DNA of 64,000 nucleotides from Candidatus Zixiibacteriota bacterium (GCA_050117845.1 JASFLY010000004.1:32001-96000), one strand, 5' to 3'. Positions 34,184 through 44,440 are shown, counted from the stretch's first letter. The notes: generated by a model from the letters alone, not told the origin. Program-made: numbers and translations.

Positions 34184-36268
34184 ATGGTGACGGCCGCCGA
34201 CATCGCCCGGGAGGCCGCGGCCTTCGCCCGCGACGCCCACGCCGGCCAGGAGCGCCTCTCCGGCCATCCCTATTTCGACCACGCCGCCGCGACGGCCGAA
34301 ATAGTGGCCGCGTTGGGCCTGGATGACGTTACCGTGGCCGCGGCCTACCTCCACGACGTCCTCGAGGAGACCGACGTCCCCGCGGCCGAACTCGAACGGC
34401 GCTTCGGCGAAGACGTCCGGGGCCTGGTCGAAGCGGTCACTAATCTCCAGCGTCTCGACTTCGCCTCCGAGGCCGAATACAAGCGAGCCAACCTGATGAA
34501 AATGTTGCTCGCGATGGCGGGCGACGTCCGCGTCGTGATGATAAAGATAGCCGACCGGCTGGACAACCTGCGCTCGCTGGAGCACCTGCCGCCGGGGCGG
34601 CGGCGCCGCTTCGCCCGGGAGACGCTCTACGTCTTCGCCCCGCTCGCCGACCGGCTGGGGCTGGGCCACATCCGCTGGGAACTGGAGGACCTGTCCTTCC
34701 GCCACCTCGAACCCGGGCGCTACCGCAAACTGGCGGAGATGGTGGCGGCGCGCCGGGCCGCCCGCGACGCCCGCGTGGCCGAGGTCGTGCGGGAACTGCG
34801 GGAGGCGCTCGCGCGGGAGGGCCTCGAGGCCGAGGTGACGGGCCGGGCCAAGAACCTCTACAGCGTCCACCGCAAGATGGCCGCCGACGGCAAGAGTTTC
34901 GAGGACGTGTACGACCTGTTGGGCGTGCGCGTCGTGACCGGCGGCGTGGCCGACTGCTACCGCGTGCTCGACGTCGTTCACGGCCGGTACGAGCGCCTGC
35001 CCGGCCGCTACAAGGATTACGTCGCGCGGCCCAAGGCCAACCTTTACCAGTCCATCCATACGTCCGTCCGCCTGCCGGGCGGGGACGCGGTCGAGATCCA
35101 GATTCGGACGCGGGAGATGGACGCCGTCGCGGAGTACGGCGTCGCGGCGCACTGGCGCTACAAGAGGCCCGGCGGCTGCCGCGACTGGGGCGATTTGCCG
35201 GCGCTGGCGGTCATGCGCTCGGCCCTGGGGACGATGGGCCGGGCGCCGGGCCAGGGGCGCCTCGAGGCGCTCTTCGCCGACCTCTCCAAGGGGGACGTCT
35301 TCGTCTTCACGCCCCGTGGCGACGTCAAACGTTTGCCCCGGGGGGCCACGCCGGTCGACTTCGCGTACGCCGTCCATACCGCCGTGGGGCACCGCTGCGT
35401 GGGCGCCCGGGTCAACGGCCGGCTGGCGCCGCTCCGCACGGCGCTCGAGTCGGGCGACGTGGTCGAGGTCCAGACGGGCGCGAACTCCGTGCCCAGCCGG
35501 GACTGGCTGGACTTCGTCGCGAGTTCGGCCGCCCGCAACAAGATCCGCGCGTTCTTCCGGCGCAAGGACCGGCGGGAGCTCGCGGCGCTGGGCCGCCAGC
35601 TTATCACCCGCGCCGCGGAGAAGCGGGGTATCCGGCCGGCCGACGTCCTGGCCGACGAGGCTCTGGCCGAACTGGCCCGGAGCCGGGGCCTGCCCTCGGC
35701 CGAGGGGTTGTTGGCCCGCGTCGGCGACGGCGCGCTCTCGGCCGAGGCGGTGGTAAGCGCTGCGGCCCCCGCCCCCGCCGAACCGCCGCCCCTGCCGGCC
35801 GCCGGCCTGCCCGATTACCGGGCCTTCGTGGCCGTCAGCGGGATGCGTCACGTGGAAGTGAAGATGGCGCGCTGCTGCAACCCCATTCCGGTCGCGCCCA
35901 TCGTGGGCTACGTCACGAGCCGGGGGGCGGTCTCGATCCACCGGGCCGACTGCCCGACGGTCCGGCGCTTGGGTTCGGCCGCCCGCCTGCTGGAGGCCAA
36001 CTGGCAACTCGAGGACGACGTGACCGGCGTCGGCTACCTGGACGTCACCGTCGAGGGCGGTGAGGCGGCGATGCCGGAACTCGTGCGCCGGGTGCGCCGT
36101 ACGGGCCTGCGCGTCGCGGGGCTGGACGCCGAGGATCTGTCGCCCGGCAAGTCGAGGTGCACGCTGCACGTGCGGCTGGCGACGCCGGCCCGCCTCAAGC
36201 GCGCGGCCAAGGAGCTGCGCGGCCTCGACTTCGTGTCTTCCGTAGAACACCGTTTATGCCGGTCCTGA
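34184..36268 (+). CDS. relA: Long RelA/SpoT homologue (HD, synthetase, TGS, ACT)
   Basis: LHDVLE, KIADRLDNLR, GRAK, RYKDY, YQSIHT, EIQIRT, FTP.G, DFAYAVHT.VG..C.GA.VNG, A.CCNPIP. Confidence 0.93.
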   Translation: MVTAADIAREAAAFARDAHAGQERLSGHPYFDHAAATAEIVAALGLDDVTVAAAYLHDVLEETDVPAAELERRFGEDVRGLVEAVTNLQRLDFASEAEYKRANLMKMLLAMAGDVRVVMIKIADRLDNLRSLEHLPPGRRRRFARETLYVFAPLADRLGLGHIRWELEDLSFRHLEPGRYRKLAEMVAARRAARDARVAEVVRELREALAREGLEAEVTGRAKNLYSVHRKMAADGKSFEDVYDLLGVRVVTGGVADCYRVLDVVHGRYERLPGRYKDYVARPKANLYQSIHTSVRLPGGDAVEIQIRTREMDAVAEYGVAAHWRYKRPGGCRDWGDLPALAVMRSALGTMGRAPGQGRLEALFADLSKGDVFVFTPRGDVKRLPRGATPVDFAYAVHTAVGHRCVGARVNGRLAPLRTALESGDVVEVQTGANSVPSRDWLDFVASSAARNKIRAFFRRKDRRELAALGRQLITRAAEKRGIRPADVLADEALAELARSRGLPSAEGLLARVGDGALSAEAVVSAAAPAPAEPPPLPAAGLPDYRAFVAVSGMRHVEVKMARCCNPIPVAPIVGYVTSRGAVSIHRADCPTVRRLGSAARLLEANWQLEDDVTGVGYLDVTVEGGEAAMPELVRRVRRTGLRVAGLDAEDLSPGKSRCTLHVRLATPARLKRAAKELRGLDFVSSVEHRLCRS

Positions 36269-36278
36269 GGAGAGTATC

Positions 36279-37112
36279 GTGAACCAGGAGAACATTTACG
36301 AACCGGAACGACTCGCCGGCCCGGCCGGTGCCCTCTGGCTCGACCGGGTGGGCGCCTTCGAGGGCGTGCGCGCGGCCTTCACCACCGTGGAGACGTTGAA
36401 TCATCCGCCGGTCGCCGGTTTCCCCGGGCCGGTGCGAGACCCGGACGGCTCCATCGACGAGGAGTACGTGGCCCGGCTGGCCGCGACGGTGGGCTTCGCG
36501 TACGGCCGGCTGGCGACCTGCCGCCAGGTGCACGGGACGGATGTCCGGCGCGTGGCCGAGGCCGAGCGCCGCTGGTACGACGCCTGCGACGGCCTGGTTA
36601 CCGAGACGCCGGGCGCGCCGCTCGCCGTCTTCACGGCGGACTGCGTGCCGATTGTGATGTGGGCCCCGGTGGCCGGGACGCTCGCCGTCCTGCATGCCGG
36701 GTGGCGCGGGACCCTCGAAAAGATCGTGGCCGCGGGCGTCTCGGCCATGGCCGAGAACCCGGCGGCGCGGCCGCAGGAGATAATGGTGTTTCTGGGGCCC
36801 GCGGTGGGGCCGTGTTGCTACCCGGTGGGGGAGGACGTGTGCCGGGCGGCGAACGACGCCTTCGGCCGGCGGGCGGGCCAGGTGCTCATAGAGGACGCCG
36901 GGCGGGTGTGCCTCGATCTGTACCGGGCCAACGACCTCGCGGCCCAGGAGGCCGGCGTGCTCCCCGAGAACGTTTACGGCGTCGCGGCCTGCACCTCCTG
37001 CCGAAGTGACCTCTTCGCGTCGTACCGGCGGGAGGGCGACGCGGCCGGTCGGATGATGGCCGTGGCCTCCATCGAGGACGAAACGCGGCCGCGGCCGGAG
37101 GGCGATGCTTAA
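36279..37112 (+). CDS. pgeF: YfiH/PgeF family protein
   Basis: QVHG, DGLVT, TADCVP, HAGWRG, GPA...CCY, CT.C, SYRR. Confidence 0.9.
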   Translation: MNQENIYEPERLAGPAGALWLDRVGAFEGVRAAFTTVETLNHPPVAGFPGPVRDPDGSIDEEYVARLAATVGFAYGRLATCRQVHGTDVRRVAEAERRWYDACDGLVTETPGAPLAVFTADCVPIVMWAPVAGTLAVLHAGWRGTLEKIVAAGVSAMAENPAARPQEIMVFLGPAVGPCCYPVGEDVCRAANDAFGRRAGQVLIEDAGRVCLDLYRANDLAAQEAGVLPENVYGVAACTSCRSDLFASYRREGDAAGRMMAVASIEDETRPRPEGDA

Positions 37113-38928
37113 TCCCCGTTTCATCGTCGCGGCCGTCGTGGCGGCCCTCGTCTTCGGCGTCCTCACCTACCGGGTGGCCGACCTCCAGGTCGTGTCCGGC
37201 GACGACTTCTACACGTTGAGCCAGCAGAACCGCCTGCGCCGCGTGCCGGTCCGGGCGCCGCGCGGCCGGATATACGACCGGCGGGGGAACGTCCTCGCGG
37301 AGAGCCGGCCCTCTTACGCGATGCTCTGGATGTTGCCGACGGCGGAGGAGGTCCCGGCCGAGGCGCTGGAGCGCTCGGCGCGCTACCTCAAAAAGACCCC
37401 CGACGAGCTGTTGACCATCATACGGGAGAACCGCGAGTTCCCCTACGAGCCGTCCGAGGTCATCGTCGGCCTCACCCCCGAGCAGACCTTCGCGTTCGAG
37501 GAGGTCCGGGCGACCTACCCGGAGATATCCGTGGCGTCGCGGCCCATGCGCTACTATCCCTGCGGCGCGACGGCCTGCCACCTGCTTGGCTACGTCGGCG
37601 AAATCGGCCCCGAGCGCCTGGCGACGATGAAGGCCCACGGCTACCGGCTGGGCGACACCGTCGGCCTGGCGGGCGCCGAGGATACGTACGAGGAGTACCT
37701 CCGCGGCCGCGACGGCTACGAGACGGTCGAGGTCAACGCGCTGGAAAAGAAGCTCGGCCTGAAATACGAGGAGGAAGTCCAGCCCCCCGCCGCCGGTTAC
37801 GACCTGCACTCGACGCTCGACCTCGGCCTACAGCAGATAGTCGAACGCATGCTCGAGGGACGGCGCGGCGCCATCATCGTGATGGACCCGAACAACGGCG
37901 AGGTGTGGGCCCTCGCCTCCTCTCCCCCCGTGAACCCGAACGACTTCGCCGGCGGCATCGCGTCCGACAAGTGGTCGGCGTACGTCACCGCGCCGGACCA
38001 CCCCCTGCTCAACCGGGCCATCCAGTGCTCGTACCCGCCGGGGTCCACCTTCAAACTCGTCACCGCCACCGCCGCGCTGGAGGAGGGGTTAGTGGTACCG
38101 GGGGAGAAGATGCCGGTGCCGTGCTACGGCGCTTTCCGCTACGGCAACTGGACCTTCCACTGCTGGAACCGGAGCGGCCACGGCCCCCTCGACATAGCCG
38201 GCGGCCTCAAGAATTCGTGCAACGTATTCTTCTTCCAGGTGGGCCTGCGCGTCGGCATCGACAACTTAACGAAATATTCCAGGGTTTACGGGTACGGCTC
38301 GCCGACCGGCATCTCCCTGCCCCACGAGAACGACGGCCTCATCCCCAGCCGGGAACGGCTCGAGAAGAAGTGGGGGAAGAAGTGGCCGCGGGGCGAGGTC
38401 GTGAACAACGCCATCGGCCAGGGGCAGGTGCTGTTGACGCCGGTGCAGGAGATAGTGGCCTTCAGCGCGTTCGCGAACGGCGGCCGACTCTACACGCCGC
38501 GCATCGTGACACACGTCACCGACGCCGACGGCGTCGCCCGGGCGACGTTCCCCCCCGAGGTCCACGGCGAGGTGAAGCTCGACGCGGTTACGCGGAAGAC
38601 GATGCTGCGGGGCCTCATCGGCGTCGTCAACCGCTACGGCGTCAACGCCCACTACCTCGCCGGGAAGACCGGCTCCGCGGAGAACCCCTTCGGCGACACG
38701 CACGCCTGGTTCACGGGCTTCGCCCCGGCGTACGAGCCCAAAGTCGCCGTGTGCATCCTGGTGGAGAACGGCGGCTACGGCGAGTCGTACATCAAGTGGG
38801 CCAAGGAGATTATGGGGTACTGCCGGGAGAACGTCGTCGGCGAGGCCGCGTGGCCGCTGCCCCCGGAAGGGTTGACCCCTAAAGATATGGAGGAGCCTCC
38901 CGCGCCGAAAAAGGAGGAGGCCGAGTAA
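37105..38928 (+). CDS. mrdA: Penicillin-binding protein 2
   Basis: APRGRIYDR.G, YPPGSTFK (SxxK), SCN, AIGQG, GKTGSAE; immediately upstream of rodA. Confidence 0.93.
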   Translation: MLNPRFIVAAVVAALVFGVLTYRVADLQVVSGDDFYTLSQQNRLRRVPVRAPRGRIYDRRGNVLAESRPSYAMLWMLPTAEEVPAEALERSARYLKKTPDELLTIIRENREFPYEPSEVIVGLTPEQTFAFEEVRATYPEISVASRPMRYYPCGATACHLLGYVGEIGPERLATMKAHGYRLGDTVGLAGAEDTYEEYLRGRDGYETVEVNALEKKLGLKYEEEVQPPAAGYDLHSTLDLGLQQIVERMLEGRRGAIIVMDPNNGEVWALASSPPVNPNDFAGGIASDKWSAYVTAPDHPLLNRAIQCSYPPGSTFKLVTATAALEEGLVVPGEKMPVPCYGAFRYGNWTFHCWNRSGHGPLDIAGGLKNSCNVFFFQVGLRVGIDNLTKYSRVYGYGSPTGISLPHENDGLIPSRERLEKKWGKKWPRGEVVNNAIGQGQVLLTPVQEIVAFSAFANGGRLYTPRIVTHVTDADGVARATFPPEVHGEVKLDAVTRKTMLRGLIGVVNRYGVNAHYLAGKTGSAENPFGDTHAWFTGFAPAYEPKVAVCILVENGGYGESYIKWAKEIMGYCRENVVGEAAWPLPPEGLTPKDMEEPPAPKKEEAE

Positions 38929-40166
38929 TGGGCCGCGTGCGGGCGCTGGGGCGCCGCGTGGATTTGCCCATATTGGGCGCAACGCTGCTACTCAGCGTGG
39001 CGGGGCTGGCCGCCGTCTATTCCGCGGCGGGCGGGGGAGATTATTTTTGGAAACAACTTCTATGGGTCGGCCTCGGGTGGGGCGTGCTGGCCCTCGCCGT
39101 GGCCGTGCCCTACCGCTTCATCGTTAAATATTCCTGGATCGCGTACGTCCTCGTCCTCGTCGCGCTGGGGATACTCGCCGCCCGGGCGCTGCTGCACGGC
39201 GGCGCCGCGCACCGCTGGTTGTCCCTCGGCTTCTTCCAGTTCCAACCGTCCGAACTCGCGAAGATAACGACCATACTCGGCCTGGCCCTCGTCCTCGAGA
39301 TGTTCCCCCGGCTGGAGGGCATCCCGCACTTCGCGTTGCCCATCGCCGTGGCCGCGGTGCCGGCGGTCCTCATCGCCGCCGAGCCCGACCTGGGAACGGC
39401 CGCGGTCTTCGTGCCGCTCCTCTTCGCCTGCCTTTACCGGGCCGGCGCGCCCTTCGCCTACCTGTTCCTCTTCATGGCGCCGATGGCCGCGCTCTTCGTC
39501 TCGTTCAAGCTGACCGCTTTTTTAATATTCCTCGGCGTCGTCGCCGTCGTGGCGCTCGTGGCCCGGGCTCGCTGGTGGGAGCGCGTGGCCTTCTTCGCCG
39601 CCAGCGTGCTGGCCGGCGCCGCCACGCCTATAATGTGGGGCCTCCTCAAGGATTACCAGAAGGAGCGTATCCTGTCCTTCCTCTCGCCCACGGCCGACCC
39701 CCGCGGCGCGGGGTACTCCATCATCCAGGCCAAGATAGCACTGGGCTCGGGGCGGATTTTCGGGAAGGGATTCCTTTCCGGGAGTCAGGTCCACTCCGGC
39801 TTCGTGCCCGAGGGCCACACCGACTTCGTCTTCCCGGCCTGGGGCGAGGAGTGGGGCTTCGTCGGCTGCATGCTCGTCATCATACTCTTCGCCGTCATCG
39901 TCTTCCGGTCGTTCCTCATCGCGTACCGGGCGGCGGACACGCGGGGGGGCGTGCTGGCCTTCGGCCTGGGGACCCTCTTCTTCGCGCAGTTCGCCGTCAA
40001 CGCCGCGATGGCGGTGGGCCTGATACCGGTGACCGGCCTGCCGCTGCCGTTCCTCTCGTACGGCGGCTCGGCGACGATAGCGTCGTTTCTCGCGATAGGT
40101 TTGATTCTGAACGTGAAACTGCGGCGGGAGCGGGTCGCGGAACAGCTGCGCCTCTTCGGCTACTGA
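38928..40166 (+). CDS. rodA: Rod shape-determining SEDS protein RodA
   Basis: FQPSELAK, EPDLGTA, YQKERI, PEGHTDF.F, EEWGF, PVTGLPLPFLSYGGS. Confidence 0.95.
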   Translation: MGRVRALGRRVDLPILGATLLLSVAGLAAVYSAAGGGDYFWKQLLWVGLGWGVLALAVAVPYRFIVKYSWIAYVLVLVALGILAARALLHGGAAHRWLSLGFFQFQPSELAKITTILGLALVLEMFPRLEGIPHFALPIAVAAVPAVLIAAEPDLGTAAVFVPLLFACLYRAGAPFAYLFLFMAPMAALFVSFKLTAFLIFLGVVAVVALVARARWWERVAFFAASVLAGAATPIMWGLLKDYQKERILSFLSPTADPRGAGYSIIQAKIALGSGRIFGKGFLSGSQVHSGFVPEGHTDFVFPAWGEEWGFVGCMLVIILFAVIVFRSFLIAYRAADTRGGVLAFGLGTLFFAQFAVNAAMAVGLIPVTGLPLPFLSYGGSATIASFLAIGLILNVKLRRERVAEQLRLFGY

Positions 40167-41056
40167 CCCTCCGACGACCCTTTTACGAAAGCCTCGATCC
40201 AGGCGGTCGTGGCGTCCCCCTCTTTCCCGATATCGAAAATAATCGAACCGTGGTGCTTGCCGGCCACCTTCACCGCCGGCGCGTCCACGCCCCACGCCCC
40301 CAGCGCCCCCGACAGCCGGTAGGCCTGCCGGCCCATGTGGGGCACTTCGTATTCCCCGTATAATAATAAAAACGGCGGCGCGTCGGCCCGGGCGTAGGTC
40401 GGCGCCGAGGCCGCGGGCCACGCGGCCGGGTCGTCGCCGAACGTCGGACGGACGTAATAGAAGCGGGCGAACAGCGAGGGGATGCCGTCGTCCTCGGCCA
40501 GGTACGCCGCGTCGTACGGGCCGCTGAGGCCGACGACGCCGCGCACCGCCTCCGGCGGCAAGCCCTCCGCCGCGAGGAAGCGCCGGTCGAGCGCGACGAG
40601 CGACACCAGGTGCGCGCCGGCGGAGTGGCCGCAGAGGAAGACGCGATCCGGGTCGCCGCCGTAGTCGCCGGTGTTCCGGTACGTCCACGCGACCGCCCGC
40701 GCCACGTCCTCGGCCGCGGCCGGGTGTTTGAACTCCGGCGCCAGCCGGTACGTCGTCACGACGACGCCGATGCCCCGCCGCGCCAGCCCTTCGCCCACCT
40801 TATAATACGCGTTGAGGAATCCGTCCTTGTAGCCGTGGCGCCAGCCGCCGCCGTGCACGAAGACGACCACGGGGAAGTCCTTCTCCCCGGCGGGAAGGTA
40901 GAGGTCGAGGAGGTGCTTTCTGGCGTCGCGGCCCGGGCCGTCGTAGTAGCTGATGTTTTTATAAACGACGACGTCGTCGGCCTGCTTGCGGCACGCCGAA
41001 AGAAGCGCCGCGAGGGCGACGGCGAGCGTTAGTAGCGCGTAGCGAGCGGGCCTCAC
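40160..41056 (-). CDS. Alpha/beta hydrolase (esterase-type) lipoprotein
   Basis: Lipobox LSA-C; HGGGW, YRLAP, GHSAG. Confidence 0.85.
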   Translation of the reverse strand: MRPARYALLTLAVALAALLSACRKQADDVVVYKNISYYDGPGRDARKHLLDLYLPAGEKDFPVVVFVHGGGWRHGYKDGFLNAYYKVGEGLARRGIGVVVTTYRLAPEFKHPAAAEDVARAVAWTYRNTGDYGGDPDRVFLCGHSAGAHLVSLVALDRRFLAAEGLPPEAVRGVVGLSGPYDAAYLAEDDGIPSLFARFYYVRPTFGDDPAAWPAASAPTYARADAPPFLLLYGEYEVPHMGRQAYRLSGALGAWGVDAPAVKVAGKHHGSIIFDIGKEGDATTAWIEAFVKGSSEGQ

Positions 41057-42339
41057 GTCTTGAGGTCCTCCCGCCGGGCCGCGGGGAAGAGGATGTTATT
41101 GAGGATAAGGCGGTAGCCGGGCGAGTTCTTGTAGAAACGCAAATCGGTGGGCGGCTCGCCGACGAAGTGCTGGAAGTCCTCCGGGTCGTGGCCGCCGAGG
41201 AAGGAGAAGAACCCCTCGCCGTGGTTGCCGTAGAGGTACTTCGCCTCCTCGTAGCCGTCCACGGTGGCGAGGACGACGGCGCTGCGCTTGACCGTCGCCC
41301 GGGTGAAGGCGGTAGTCTGCCCCATGAACTCCGTTATGTGGGAGCGGTGGTCCTGCGTCAGGATGGTGGGGACGGTGTCGGCCTTGGCGCTGAACTCGAA
41401 GAGCGTGAAGGTCCCCTTGTTCCAGGGGTCGACCTCCGGCGATATCGAGCGCGGCGTGTCGATGTCCGAGTACTCGTAGATGTAGGGATTGGTGATGACG
41501 TGGAAGTCGGTGAAGGCGAAGGTCCGGCCGTAGTCGAGGCCCGAGCTGACGTCGCCGACCACCGGCGTGTCGTCGAAGATGCTCGCGACGATATCGGTGT
41601 CCCGGGCGGCGAGGGCGATGTCGAGCGTGTCCGTGGCCGCGCACATCGCGAAGAGGAAGCCGCCGCCGGAGACGAAGCGCTCTATCTCCTCGGCCGCGGC
41701 GCCCATATAGGCCGCGACGGATTCGTAGCCCAGCGCCTCGGCCTCGGTCTGATACTGGGCCACCATGTCCTCGTACCACGGCGTCCCGGAGAACGAGCCG
41801 TAGAACTTGCCGAACTGGCCGGTGAAGTCCTCGTGGTGGAGGTGGACCCAGTCGTACTGATAGAGGCCGCCGCTCAGCACCACGTCGTTCCAGATGACGT
41901 CGTACGGGATCTCGGCGTAGTCCAGCGCTAGCAGCACGGCGTCGTCCCAGTTCGATTCGTTGGGCGGGGCGTACAGCGCGATGCGCGGCGCTTTGGTGAG
42001 GGGGACGGCCTCCATGTTCTCGGCTTCGATGACGGCGTACACGGCCCCGGGGTCGGCCAGGTACGCGGCCGTCACGCCCCGCGACAGGCAGAGGTCGGCG
42101 AGCCCTTCGTAGTCTTCGATTAGGAACGAGCCGCCGCGGTAATTGAGGAGCCACTCCGCCTTGACGCCGCGCGCCAGCGCTTCGTAGCAAACGCCGTAGG
42201 CGCGGAGGTGGTCGTTCTGGGAATCGTCCATGGGGATAAGGAGGTACGCGGCGGCCGCGGGCGCGGCGCCGGCCAGGAGGCACGCGGCGAGCGCGCCGGT
42301 CAACCGGCGGCGTGGTGCGGCTGATGCGCTCCCGAACAT
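41053..42339 (-). CDS. Conserved secreted protein of the Bacteroidetes/FCB family often labelled 'asparagine synthetase B'; function unknown
   Basis: LIPMD..Q..HL.AYG, WLLNYRGGSF, WDDAV, HLHHEDFTGQ.GKFY, MCAATD, GGHDPED, SPGYRLILNN.LFPAA (family recognised from memory). Confidence 0.7.
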   Translation of the reverse strand: MFGSASAAPRRRLTGALAACLLAGAAPAAAAYLLIPMDDSQNDHLRAYGVCYEALARGVKAEWLLNYRGGSFLIEDYEGLADLCLSRGVTAAYLADPGAVYAVIEAENMEAVPLTKAPRIALYAPPNESNWDDAVLLALDYAEIPYDVIWNDVVLSGGLYQYDWVHLHHEDFTGQFGKFYGSFSGTPWYEDMVAQYQTEAEALGYESVAAYMGAAAEEIERFVSGGGFLFAMCAATDTLDIALAARDTDIVASIFDDTPVVGDVSSGLDYGRTFAFTDFHVITNPYIYEYSDIDTPRSISPEVDPWNKGTFTLFEFSAKADTVPTILTQDHRSHITEFMGQTTAFTRATVKRSAVVLATVDGYEEAKYLYGNHGEGFFSFLGGHDPEDFQHFVGEPPTDLRFYKNSPGYRLILNNILFPAARREDLKT

Positions 42340-42348
42340 ACTACCCCC

Positions 42349-44325
42349 TTAATCGCGCGACGGCGCGGCCGAAGCTTCCGCCTCGGGCGGCGGGGCCCCG
42401 GGCCCCCGGGCCTCGGCCCGCCGAGCTTCGGCGGCGCGTTTCTTGCGCAGGCGCGTTCGGCGCCAGGCGTACGCCAGCTCGAATACTATGTGGACGGCGA
42501 CCGCCGGGAGGAGCAGAAGGTAGGCCGCGAACTGCAGCGGCTGGTGCAAACGGAAGTACCGCATCATCGAGATATGATGGATGAACGCGATGCGGTAGGG
42601 GTGCAGGGAGGACGACTCGCCCCAGTGGTGCATGACCGAGAGGCGGGGCAACAGGTACGTGTAGTACCCGGCGTCGCGGGCCCGGCGGCTGAAGTCCGCG
42701 TCCTCGACGTACATGAAGTACTTGTCGTCCAGCGGCCCGATGGTGTCGACGAGTTCGCGCTTGAACATCAGCGCGGCGCCGGCGATGAAGTCCACCTGGG
42801 CCGGTTTGTCCAGCGGGAGGTCGCCGTAGAACCCCTGCCGCGAGAACGGGTTGCCCGGCCAGAGCCGGTAGATGAACGAGCGCCGATTGCCGAGGAGGAG
42901 GAGCAGGTTCGGGAATCTGCGATACGACTCCTGCAGGCGCCCCGCCGGGCTTAGGAGCGCGGGGCCGACGATGCCGGCGTCCGGGTTCTCGTCCAAAAAG
43001 TCCATCAGGCCGTCGAAGACGCCCGGGCTCATTACCACGTCCGGGTTGAGTAGGAATAAATACTCGCCCCGGGCCGCCGCGAGGCCCTGGTTGTTGGCGG
43101 CGGCGTATCCGACGTTCTCACGGTTTTTTATAAACAATATGTCGTCGCGGGCGGCCAGCGCCTCCGCGGAGCCGTCCGACGACGCGTTGTCGACGACGAT
43201 TATCTCTACGTCGCCGTTCGTCGGCGGGTTCTGCCAGCAGGAATCGATGGCCGTGGGGATGACGTGGCCGGCGTTGTAGTTGACGATGATGACCGAGACC
43301 GTGGCCCGGCAGACCGCCCGCCGGGGGGACGCTTTGAGGTCGGCAGGGGCGGGCTTCGGCGCGTTCCGTATCCACTCCGCCTGGGCGGCCAGGCCGTCCT
43401 CGAGCCGGGTGTCCGGCGCGTAGTCGATGGCTTTCCGCAGGGCCGCCACGTCGCCGTGGGTCGCGCGAACGTCGCCGCGCTGGTGGGGGGCCCGCTTGAT
43501 TTCGGCCTTGCGGCCCAGCGCCGTCTCGATGGCGGCGGTGAGTTCGGCCAGCGTGACGGTCCGGCCGGAGGCTACGTTGAATGTCCCGGCCGTAACGCCC
43601 CGTTCCCAGACCGCGACCGTGGCGTTGACGATGTCGCCGACGTACGTGAAGTCGCGCCGCTCGTCCTCGTCGCCGTAGAGCGTGATGGCGTCGCCGGCGA
43701 GGATGGCCCGCATGAATTTGTGAATCGCCATGTCGGGCCGCTGGCGCGGGCCGTAGACGGTGAAGTAGCGCAGCACCGTCGCCCCCAGGCCGTAGCTCTT
43801 GACGTAGAGGTGAACCAGGTCCTCGGCCGCGAGCTTCGTCGCGCCGTAGGGGGAGACCGGCGCCGGCACCGCGTCCTCGGTCACCGGCAGCTTCACGGCG
43901 TCGCCGTAAATGGAGCTGGACGAGGCGAGGACGAAGGGGACGTCGGGCCGCTCCCGCAGGGCTTCCAGGAGCCGCTGCGTCGCGAGGACGTTGTTGGACA
44001 GATACTCGCCGTAGTGCCGGCCCCAGGAGTCGCGGACCCCCGGCCTGGCGGCCAGGTGGAAGACGCCGTCCACGCCGTCGAGCAGGCGGGAAACGTCGGC
44101 GTCGGCCAGGTCGAGTTCGCGGAAGGTGTAGGCCGGATTGGCGAGCGCCGGTTGGATGTTGCTCTCTTTGATACTCCGGCCGTAATTGCCCAGGAAGCTG
44201 TCGACGGCGACGACCTCGCAGCCCCGCCGCAGGAGCTCGTCGGCGAGGTTCGAGCCGATAAAACCGGCGGCGCCCGTAACGAGAACGCGCCGCCGGGAGG
44301 GCGTTTTTGCGTTATCCGAAGTCAT
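42349..44325 (-). CDS. NAD-dependent sugar epimerase/dehydratase fused to a GT2 glycosyltransferase
   Basis: GAAGFIG, SSSS.YG, YGATK, YGPRQRPDMA; then VSVIIVNYN, VVDNASSDGS, LNPD, FMYVEDAD. Confidence 0.88.
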   Translation of the reverse strand: MTSDNAKTPSRRRVLVTGAAGFIGSNLADELLRRGCEVVAVDSFLGNYGRSIKESNIQPALANPAYTFRELDLADADVSRLLDGVDGVFHLAARPGVRDSWGRHYGEYLSNNVLATQRLLEALRERPDVPFVLASSSSIYGDAVKLPVTEDAVPAPVSPYGATKLAAEDLVHLYVKSYGLGATVLRYFTVYGPRQRPDMAIHKFMRAILAGDAITLYGDEDERRDFTYVGDIVNATVAVWERGVTAGTFNVASGRTVTLAELTAAIETALGRKAEIKRAPHQRGDVRATHGDVAALRKAIDYAPDTRLEDGLAAQAEWIRNAPKPAPADLKASPRRAVCRATVSVIIVNYNAGHVIPTAIDSCWQNPPTNGDVEIIVVDNASSDGSAEALAARDDILFIKNRENVGYAAANNQGLAAARGEYLFLLNPDVVMSPGVFDGLMDFLDENPDAGIVGPALLSPAGRLQESYRRFPNLLLLLGNRRSFIYRLWPGNPFSRQGFYGDLPLDKPAQVDFIAGAALMFKRELVDTIGPLDDKYFMYVEDADFSRRARDAGYYTYLLPRLSVMHHWGESSSLHPYRIAFIHHISMMRYFRLHQPLQFAAYLLLLPAVAVHIVFELAYAWRRTRLRKKRAAEARRAEARGPGAPPPEAEASAAPSRD

Positions 44326-44370
44326 ATTTACGCCGGAAAAAAGCCGCCGCGGCGGCCGTCCGACGTTTCG

Positions 44371-44398
44371 ATTATAAAGGAGGGGCGATAAATGTCAA
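44371..44398 (-). promoter_or_regulatory. Sigma70 promoter of the epimerase-GT2 gene
   Basis: Minus strand TTGACA-16 nt-TATAAT. Confidence 0.7.
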
Positions 44399-44440
44399 GC
44401 GGAGAATTGGCTTGACCTGGCGACTGCCGCCCCGTAAAAT

